Below are positions 54,488 to 64,000 of a stretch of DNA of 64,000 nt, piece by piece. The translations under genes and the position numbers were made by a program. Numbering within the stretch: position 1 is the stretch's first letter; each line of letters begins with the position of its first letter. Source of the DNA: Spironucleus salmonicida (lineage: Eukaryota); contig NC_090596.1 in the NCBI RefSeq assembly GCF_000497125.1, forward strand, positions 124,001-188,000, read 5' to 3'. Under the pieces are notes generated by a model. That model did no database searches. It saw nothing but the letters and a program-made list of their open reading frames with translations, and was not told the DNA's origin.

Positions 54488-56482
54488 ATGAATTTGATTT
54501 GTTAATCATGTTAAACCAATATTACGTCTAACATAGGTTGTAATATTACATGCTCTTGTATTTTATGTACAGAATGTACAGATCTATCTACTAACATACT
54601 ATAATGTTGTCCAGTTTGTATGAAATCTCTGATTTACAGTTATTAGATTACATCATCATAATTCATCAGTGAAACACAACTTTAATTTAATAATATAACT
54701 AAAGAGATATAAGAGCACTATTCAATTAATAAGTAAAAATAAATTGTTCCTTATGTAAATTAACCAAAGCAGTAACGCTTATTTTTAAGAGAAAATGTAT
54801 CCCAGTGGAACAACTAAACACTCCTCGACTTCTAATAATAAGAATCTATAATAAAATAAAATTCACACTAAGCTTGTATTGGCGATATTGTTCTTCTTGC
54901 AGATTGCTAAGATTAATTTTTAGTTGTAGATTTTTCTAGTAATTCTTGTCTAGTTGTGAAAATTAAAAAAATATCCAAGGATATTTTTGTTGATTTTTTA
55001 CATTATTAATGGATTTAGAATTATTGTATTTAGAAAACAGTTTAATAAAATGAAATGTTCTTAAGTGATATCAAAAATAATATTACATTATTATTGAACT
55101 AAGCAAAAAATTAAATATTTAGTTCATCTCAAAAATTAAATAAATATCACTAAATATTGAATTTATCATAGTGTTTAAGTTAAAAAATTAAGCTTGGGAC
55201 TATGCAAGAGTAAACCTAGTTATAAACATATACTAATTATATAAGAGATAATCTCATTAGATAAGATCCTTATATCAATATTAAAAATATATAATCAGGA
55301 CTAAAAGTGAATATTGATAACTTCTAGATAGGTTTATGTGTTATCCGTAATCCATAATGTTGGAAATTTGGAGACTAAGATAAGTCACATAAGCCTATAC
55401 TTATTGATGGTTAATACTTTTATATAGGTTATCTTGTTTCATATTCAGAAACCAACAAGCTGGCATTAGTTAAGTGGGAAAATGGGTCTGTTTAAAACTA
55501 TAGGATAGGTTATGACGATAAGTATGACTTAGTATATTATATAAATGATATAGCAAACTAATAAATATTTAAACTTAATGATTTAAAAACATGCACATGT
55601 TGTATTTCTTCCGGTAATTATCTATTGTAATCAAATTTACATATTGAACAAAAGCTGCATATTTACTCAAGTATTATAAGTAAACAAGAGAATATCTAGT
55701 ATATTAAGGATCACAAATTTGATATTTCAAAGTATTCATAAATATAAACTTGTCTTTTAGACTATAATAGTTACAATTAATTTTCAATAGAACACTATGA
55801 TTCTTTTATTAAGTATATATAACTTGGCCCAAAGTAAAAGCGAACTAATCTATGTAAATATCCATAATATCATTAAGTTACTGAAAAATATGCAAAATCT
55901 AAGTTTGTTACTAAGAAGATGTGCAATCAGCTTTTACTTTAGCATACATCGATCCCAGTTCAAGCCTCTTAATAAAGAATAAAATTACCTTCCGTAGTAA
56001 CAATATCCGAAGATTGGCATCATGGAAATTAATTTAATAATAAAATAGGAATTTTAGTACCAAATTCAAAAATTTATTAGACATTTTAAGCATGTGTCAT
56101 CTGGAGTCATGAAATTAGAAAACTTCCATAATATCAAATAATGCTTGATCAGTTTGATAAAATTTATGAAACAGGTATTTTTGATCATAGTTATATCGAA
56201 AAATCAATCCTTATACAAGCGCATATCTACGATGCCGGTCGTTAAAATCTCATGGAGCTCTAATATTACAACCTTTTGGTTACAATCATAAATTTCCAAT
56301 CAAAGAGTCTTGTAGGTCCTAGTATGTAGTGGCAGTTAGAATAAGGTCAGCTTTGTGGTTTACTACTTTGGTAGTAAAATCAGTGGGCAATAGTACTTTG
56401 GATGGATGGAAGCGTGAATAGACATAAAATAGGCCATGATGGAATTTACGAACTCTGTTACCTCGATTATTCACTGGAATGA
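54488..56482 (+). CDS. RING-like zinc finger plus MIB/HERC2-domain protein (664 aa)
   Basis: N-terminal CQSC...CSCILCTEC...CPVC. IGLCVIRNPQCWKFGDQD...VKWENGSVQNYRIGYDDKYDL matches the Mib_herc2 pattern, and two more degenerate copies follow. Confidence 0.8.
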
Positions 56483-56494
56483 ACTGCAGATCTC

Positions 56495-57931
56495 TCACTC
56501 GTCCCCCAAATCCATATCGTCCCGGTACAAATCTTCAATAAATGCCGAAGATTTTTAAAGCTGAATTCGACCCAGTAAGCCTTACTCAAAAATATCGATA
56601 GAATACCGATGTTATGCCTGTTCTGCAACACATTATATCACATCAGCTTCAAATGCTCCGATATTTATCAGAATCCGTGAAAAATCTTCAACAAATCCGC
56701 CTATAAAAGAGAATATTTAGCTCAGAAGAAGAGCTTTAACTCCGCTTTCGAACTGCTAAATCGAAATCGTTTTCCAGGCAAAGGAAACAATTCTGACGAA
56801 TGCTCGAACGCTCAAAATTGCGCGTTGAGCACCAGGAGTGTTAAGGTCGAACTTTTGTTCGAGTCTAGAGTTGTTTACTAAAAGAAGTTCATTACTAATC
56901 TGGAGAAGCGCCGTAAGAATTTGTTCAGTAAAAATTGGTTAAATCGACTAAGAATAGCATAAAAGGGAACTAATATAATCAACAGTTATAACAACTATAT
57001 TTATTGGTGTTTATGGATTTGCGAAAGCAAGCTAGAACAGCTGGCCGAATATAGAGTTTTAAAGATTTTCATTTTGTAAAAGTGGAAATATCAGGAATGG
57101 TGCATACTTCAAATTTTATATCGGCAGAACTATAGTGATAAATAGACTCATAAACTGAGTCTATAAAAACACTTCGTCTTTATTTGATAAATAGGTGATA
57201 AGAACAAACAAAAGTGAATCAATTTATTGTAAAGAATTAACTAATTTAGGCTATATTGGTATGTTATTTGATGGTTCAGATGTAGTAACATTTGAGGGTT
57301 ATTACAAGATTGACATTCCTTTTAATGATGCTGATATATCTGATTCAGTTAGTCTGTGTTCTGTAAATTCAAACTTTCGCTAATCTGCATAAATCTCAGT
57401 TTATATATCTAATAACACTAAAGAATGCATCATATTCTCTAATAGAATTAGCTCAAAACCTTAAAAAAGTTACTCAAGCTAAAATAAAAATAGATAAAAA
57501 TTATCCAAAAACTAATTTTCTTCCATCGAAAGTCTTTGAATATTTAAAAACAATGGTTATATTTACTTTCTAAGTTATTTTTTAAATCCAATTATAGCCT
57601 CATCAAAGAATTAAAACAGCTATATATAAGGAGTAAGATCAGTATCCTAGTTATTTAAAACTAACTAAATAATTGATTAAAAAATTGTATTGAGTATAAA
57701 ATCTGGTAATTTATAAAAGTATTAGAGTATAAATTATTACTAAATAAGGAGTAATTCTGTTGATATCTAAATTTTTAATATATACTTTAACTATGCCTCA
57801 TGATATTTATAGTTATTTTCTAAAGATACTTAGTAAAATTACTAACAAAAATTAGCTTTATCTGATATATTTTTAATAAAATTCTGGAACTGTTCAGGTG
57901 TTTTCATTGCTTTCTAAATAACTTGTTCCAT
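56495..57931 (-). CDS. hypothetical helical protein (478 aa)
   Basis: Read end to end with no internal TGA; MEQVIQKAMKTPEQF... to GAG-TGA; C-rich motif upstream. Confidence 0.75.
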
Positions 57932-57987
57932 TTAAAGTGGAAGAAAATAAAAATACTATATATAATATATAAATATATAATTAAATA

Positions 57988-60513
57988 TCACTGATTCTTA
58001 AAATATTATCTTAAGAACTCTTGGACCTCATCATTAATATCGCTATCAATATATTAAACAACTAATGCAAAAAATTATTTATCTGTTATACTACTAGACC
58101 AATTAAGACAATCTATCATAATTTATTTATTACCAAAATACTTATATTCTATATAAGCCCAATTCAAAATCATTTAAACTGTACTTGAAAAAAGCACCTT
58201 TTTAATATCATCATCTGACTATAAAATATCATAAACCTTATGGTTAATTTAGCTTAGATCTTTTGAATTAAATAGGGATTTAATAACAGTTTTCGGAATA
58301 ATACTTTAACTCATTATACTGTTAATAATTTACATGTCACCACCTAATGAGATTAATGCTTACACAGGAAAAGTAAACTAATGATCTTTTTAAATAACTG
58401 AAACTTAGCTTGACACGCAACAAACACCGGTAGAAATAGCAATATAACCCTAATATTTTTATTGAGTTTAAATTTACCATACAATAGATTAATCCTTAAT
58501 ATAATAAACATTAGTCTATGTAATTGCATAGAAATCATCAATTGAGTCTAATTATACCTCATTAATCTAAAGTTCGTTCGTAAGTTCGTTCTGGATAGCA
58601 ATACCTAGAACTGCAGAATCAAGCAAAATAGGGTTAGAAATTAAGTGTAATGGCGATTAATCTAAAAAATAAAGTAGCCCATTAGCAGTTCCTAAAATAA
58701 GGGACTTTGACGAAATTATTGCAACTGATGGTTAACCACCAACAATAATAAACTCTTAGCCTAATTTTACAATGTAAGATGAATCATCTGTTTATTATAA
58801 TAATTTAGTAAATTCTATTGTTTTCTCATTTTTAAGCTAAAGTGAAGTTGGACAATTTATTTCTTAAGGCGATATGTATTGAACAATCTATTGAACAATC
58901 TACTGTTAAGGTTATTGTTGCTACTTTTATTAAGATAATTATTATGTGCCAGTTAATTTTGCAACAGATTTTGCTAATTAACCTGATGTAAGGCTAGTTT
59001 AATTTGTTACATCTTCATATTCATCTTCTTTTGGTGCATAAGTAGGATCGATAAGTCTTTTAACTACCTCATCATTTAATAATTGCATAGCTTAAAATAT
59101 ACTTGTCTATGTATCTTCATCACAAGATACATGAGAATCTTCATCAATTTGAACAATCTCATAATTATAATTACTAAATTCTGCAACTTATTCATTATTT
59201 ATTGTCGCTTCTTCGACAACATTAACTTATGTTAATAATATTTACTAGAATGATAATAAATCTACTTAAATAATAGATAAAAGACTATAATTTTATTTTG
59301 CAAACAATAATCTCTTTAATTCTTCATCTTGATATGGTACATCTGTTTCACCTAATAAAGAAATTTGGCAGAATCTATTAATTTTTTAGCTAACTGGATT
59401 CTCTTCTGAATCTAAAGTAAAAATTTCTATCATTTCTTGATCTTAATTTGTAGTAACGCCAAATTTGATTTATTTGATAGCCATTTTTGTATTCACTGAA
59501 AAAATTCTATGATCTGATAATCTGCAGGTACCAAATGTAATATTAAAATATCCAAAACTATCTGCAAATGCTACCAATTCATGAAAATCTTCTCCATTTT
59601 TAAACATAAATGGAGAAATATTCATTGCAATAGGAACTCCAAAACTAGAAATTGAATAATTAATAAAAGGTGATTCAGTAACATCTAAACATGCAACACA
59701 AGGCATATATTTCCCTTATAACTCTGGTTATTAAACAGAACATTAATATCTACCAAAACTAGAATAAATAACTATTTTTTCCATATTTATAACAATTTCG
59801 TTAGATTTGATTAAATTATGCTATAAATTAATATCCAAGTTATCAATACTTGCACAAAAATCTCCTATATAATCCTTTTCTTTAATATATTCTAATCCCA
59901 TACGTGTTGCTTTGAAAAATAATAACTTTATCTAACTATCTTAGTTTTCATCATCATTAAAAATTTAAGTTAAGCCAACATAAATATCATCTTCTACATG
60001 ACATATAGATTTAAGAGGTTGTGTAGCAAGTTTACTGCCTATCTCTAAACCATCTTCATTAATTCGAATTATAGCTAAGAACATGTCAAAGCTTACTAAT
60101 ATAAATCTACCAAAAGGGCAAACAGTAGCAGAATGTAAGAATGATGCACCGATCAAATTCTAATCCACAACTAACTTTTATTTTTCATTTATAATGCTAA
60201 AAATAGAGTCATCTGAAATAACAAACTATGATTATCCTTAACCAATAATTTTAAACGAAGTTGAGTTTGACTAAATAGAACATTATTTTCTTTCTAACTA
60301 AGTAAGTTGTTAATCATATTACTCTAAATATAGTTTATGAGATACATCACGCTACTTTTCAATATTTCTTACATCTCCAAAATATCTGGTTAATAAAATT
60401 AGGTTTTAATCATACCATGTATGAGCCATTAGCTGGTTTCTAACTTTAAACTTTTTCGTCTGTTAACCTAAATCTACCTCATAAAGTTTAGGTAAAAGAT
60501 GTTTGCATTACAT
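57988..60513 (-). CDS. hypothetical protein, beta-rich/propeller-like with acidic Gln-rich linker (841 aa)
   Basis: MQCKHLLPKLYEVDLG... to CAG-TGA at 57988-57990; includes ORF-track fragments 59470-59706 and 59965-60156. Confidence 0.7.
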
Positions 60514-60544
60514 TTTGAGCGAAACGGAAAGTGATTCTATTCTT

Positions 60545-60550
60545 AAAAAA
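60545..60550 (-). terminator. Pol III oligo-T terminator of tRNA-Gln
   Basis: TTTTTT immediately 3' of the discriminator base on the minus strand. Confidence 0.8.
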
Positions 60551-60623
60551 TGGTTCTACCGAGACTCGAACTCGGGTCACCGGATTCAAAGTCCGAGATG
60601 CTAACCGATTACACCATAGAACC
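60551..60623 (-). tRNA. trnQ-UUG: tRNA-Gln (anticodon UUG)
   Basis: GGTTCTA TG GTGTAATCGGTTAGCAT C TCGGA CTTTGAA TCCGG TGAC CCGAG TTCGAGT CTCGG TAGAACC A forms a full cloverleaf. Confidence 0.95.
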
Positions 60624-60774
60624 ATGATAAAATATAGTAATGCTTATGTGAAACTTTTCAAATTCGTTAGTCTATGACTACTAGAAATAATACGTGCTCA
60701 TAAATAGTAACAGCTGTCTAAGGAGATTAACATTAAATATATAAATGATAGCATAAATAAAAAGAAGTGATCGA

Positions 60775-62133
60775 TCAGTAGTCTTCTTCACCACCTTCGC
60801 CTTCACCGTCAGCAACGGTATCCTGGCCGATTTCTTCATAATCCTTCTCGAGAGATGCGAGATCTTCACGGGCTTCAGAGAATTCACCTTCTTCCATACC
60901 TTCACCAACATACCAATGTACGAAAGCACGCTTTGCATACATGAGGTCAAAGTTATGATCCGTTCTGGACCAGACTTCGGCAATAGCAGTAGAGTTGGAG
61001 ATCATGAGGACAGCACGCTGAACCTTGGCAAGATCACCACCAGGGATAACGGTGGGTGGCTGATAGTTGATACCAACCTTGAAACCAGTAGGGCACCAGT
61101 CAACAAACTGGATGGTACGCTTGGTCTTGATGACGGCAATAGCAGCGTTGACATCCTTGGGAACGACGTCACCTCTGTACATCATGCAGCATGCCATGTA
61201 CTTACCATGTCTGGGATCGCACTTAACCATCATGTTTGCGGGCTCGAAAACAGAGTTGGTGATTTCAGCAACGGTGAGCTTCTCGTGATAAGCCTTCTCG
61301 GAAGAAACGAGGGGAGCATAAGAGCAGAATGGGAAATGGACACGAGGATAAGGTACTAAGTTGGTCTAGAACTCAGTAAGATCAACGTTGAGGGCACCGT
61401 CAAAACGGAGAGAAGCAGTCATACCAGAGATCATCTGGGCAACGATTCTGTTGATGTTGGTATAGGTGCAACGCTCGATGTCGAGGTTACGATGGCAGAT
61501 ATCATACATGGCTTCGTTATCAATCATGAAGGCACAGTCGGAGTGTTCAAGCATGCAATGGGCAGCGAGAACAGTGTTGTAAGGTTCAACTACTGAGACG
61601 GCAATGGAGAGAGAAGGATAAATGACGAACTCGAGCTTGGTTTTGCGACCATAATCAACAGAGAGTCTCTCTAAGATGAGAGAGCCGAGACCAGAACCAG
61701 TACCACCACCGAAAGAGTGGTGGAGCATGAAGCCCTGGAGACCGGAACAGTCGTCAGCGAGCTTTCTGAGTCTGTCGAGGACGAGGTCGACGACTTCCTT
61801 ACCAACGGTGTAGTGACCACGGGCATAGTTGTTAGCTGCGTCTTCCTTACCGGAGATGAGCTACTCAGGGTGATAGATCTGTCTATAAGCACCGGCACGA
61901 ACTTCGTCTACGACGGTGGGCTCGAGATCGATGTAAACGCAACGGGGTACGTGCTTACCAGCACCAGTCTCAGAGAAGAAGGTGTTGAAAGAGTCTTCGG
62001 CGACACCGATGGACTTGTCAGAAGGCATCTAGCCGTCCTGGTGGATACCGTGTTCAAGGCAGAAGAGTTCCCAGCAGGAGTTACCCATTTGGACACCAGC
62101 TTAACCGCAGTGGAGATTGATTACTTCCCTCAT
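60775..62133 (-). CDS. TUBA: alpha-tubulin (452 aa)
   Basis: [18 protein letters not shown] (Q11=TAA), DGQMPSDK (Q=TAG, K40 retained), [18 protein letters not shown] (Q=TAG), acidic tail ending EEDY; GC-rich high-expression codon usage. Confidence 0.98.
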
Positions 62134-62182
62134 TGAAGGAAGGGAATTTTTGGATTTTGCGCCTAAATTTGCGCAACGGGAA
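62134..62182 (-). promoter_or_regulatory. alpha-tubulin proximal promoter: C-rich element and TTGCGC-N8-GCGCAA inverted repeat
   Basis: Minus strand reads ...TTCCCGTTGCGCAAATTTAGGCGCAAAATCCAAAAATTCCCTTCCTTCA-ATG. Confidence 0.5.
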
Positions 62183-62260
62183 GTAGGAATACTATACGAT
62201 AATACTAATTATTTTGTATTAAAAATCTAGAAAAACTTCAGTATTATATCGAATATAAAC

Positions 62261-62333
62261 AGGGGCAAGCCAAAACTCAAGTCAAACCCCACTCCACTAA
62301 GAAAGTGCGGATTTTCCGACCAGGCTAGAGCCT
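62261..62333. other. GC-rich multi-hairpin element, candidate small ncRNA or cis-element
   Basis: Four tandem short inverted repeats in a ~73-nt GC-rich patch within AT-rich DNA; no start codon found. Confidence 0.3.
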
Positions 62334-64000
62334 TAATATACTATTAATAATCCACTGCAATAATATTTATAACTAGTGAATATTTATATAACTATTATGT
62401 AAAGGTGCTATAAAATGAATAAATACATTCAAAAATAAAAGAATTGTAGGTATATACTAACTGCAAATTCCATATTTGCTCAATACTAATTTTGTTATTC
62501 AGAATTAACAGATAATACTAATCATTTAAAATCATAATATAATTAAAATAATATTAAATTTATTATTCACAACCTTTTTAGTATAATAGCAAGCATAATA
62601 TAATTACTGTAATATGGCATATTGTAGTGAATGAATCATTACAAGTTATTATTAATATAACAACTAGTATAATAACTTTAATAAAATTTAATTATTTTTG
62701 CAAACTTAATATTTTTTCATAAATGCACTATAATTGTACTTGTGCAAACTATTATATATTAAATTTATATAATATTATGAATGTATTTAAATGCATCAAA
62801 TCTCTCAGATTTAACAATTATTAACCAAATATTATTAATCTTAGATAGACTAATAAATTAACATTATTATCATGAATAGTCTATATTCTTTAGTTACTTT
62901 TTCTTAGTTAAATTATGTAAATACCTAGATTATTCATAATATGCATACAACGGTAATTTTATTAAGTTTATAGTAGAATAAAAATTCTTCAATTTTTGTA
63001 TCATTTTATTTTAATTTATTCGATGATTTAAAACTTAACCAGAGCTTTAATTAAAATATTTTATATAACTTTACATAAGTATCAAATTTGTTTTCTTTCA
63101 CAAAATTTAATAATTGCTTGAATTATTTTATAAACGTAATAAAGTATTTACTATTTCATAGCTAAGTTTTACATGTAAAATACCAAATATACACATAAAT
63201 TATATTATACATATTTTAAAATATATATAAGATTTTCAAAATCTTTATAAGGATTTCAATCCTGTGTGGCATATGTATTTGAATATTTTATTTGATAGAA
63301 TACGTTTAAAGCTTCTAATATTTTATATTTTATTTATATTATCTATAAACACAAAATTAATTTTACTAGTATAAGACAATTGTACTAATGAAATTCTAGT
63401 GCTTCATTGGTTATTATTCTAAATTTGTGTAATAAAAATGATATTTGTGAAACGAATTTATTTTTATTGCAATATACGCTAATTTTCTCTTTATTATATG
63501 GTTCAAATTAAACTAATGATAGCGCTTATTATTTATTTAGTATTATAATTAAATATTTATATGCTTTAATTATTATATTAAGTATTTTAGCATACTAGTT
63601 AATATAATAAATAATTATATATTATACATAAAAGTAAACCATCAAGTGTTTATATGAAAATATATGATAAATAATATATGCAGAGTATATTATGTGAATA
63701 ATACTATTATTAACTATCACATACAGAAATAATTAATTGTATTGATAAGGATTTAAGTTTACTCATCCTAAGAAAACTTTACTAACCATAACACGTTAGT
63801 ACTTATTTGATTACTAATAATTATAATATTAAACTATTACATACATTTTTAACTTTGAATTATAATATTTTATAGAAAAATTAATAATTGCATTTATTAA
63901 TGAGATATTCTTTTAAAATTTTTAACTGATAAATTAAGTTATAATTGATAATTCAAAAATATTTACATAGATTTAGGTACTTGAGATGAATATGATTTAC

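Noticed and set aside
58878-58902. 12-nt direct repeat ATTGAACAATCT x2
   Set aside because: A small in-frame duplication (QQIV) in a Gln-rich linker; not a mobile or CRISPR repeat.
60551-60623. tRNA as the TAA/TAG-reading tRNA
   Set aside because: The anticodon loop is CTTTGAA, giving UUG, the canonical Gln anticodon.
60775-62133. Tubulin, RuvBL1, CAF1 and the kinase as stop-riddled pseudogenes or intron-split genes
   Set aside because: All interruptions are in-frame TAA/TAG, many at conserved Gln positions, with no frameshifts.
60916-62136. Plus-strand ORFs 60916-61359, 61067-61288 and 61717-62136, and off-frame minus ORFs over tubulin
   Set aside because: Antisense or alternative-frame shadows of GC-rich tubulin codons; no independent protein features.

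Overview
A very AT-rich, extremely gene-dense eukaryotic window that becomes readable only with the non-canonical nuclear code TAA/TAG=Gln, TGA=stop (translation table 6). In-frame TAR codons sit at conserved Gln positions of alpha-tubulin, RuvBL1 and CAF1, so the supplied standard-code ORF track shows only fragments and antisense shadows. The code, apparently intronless compact genes, AGTGA signals fused to stop codons and C-rich upstream motifs point to a hexamitine diplomonad (Spironucleus/Hexamita/Trepomonas-like); the taxon is an inference. Hand translation gives about 33 CDSs tiling 1-62133 plus one tRNA-Gln(UUG). Recognisable products: alpha-tubulin, RuvBL1, eS26, CAF1/POP2, DNAI1-type dynein intermediate chain, an RCK/MAK-like kinase, a HAD hydrolase, a DUF1764 protein and EF-hand proteins. 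Less expected: a RING + multi-MIB/HERC2 protein, a C9orf72-like DENN protein, a degenerate nucleotide cyclase, a ULK4-like pseudokinase, a ~3500-aa Gln/Asn-rich protein, GC islands at two convergent gene junctions, and a 73-nt structured GC-rich element upstream of tubulin. I found no prokaryote-style defence system, CRISPR array or mobile element. Boundaries were read by hand and the longest ORFs were only spot-checked for internal TGA.
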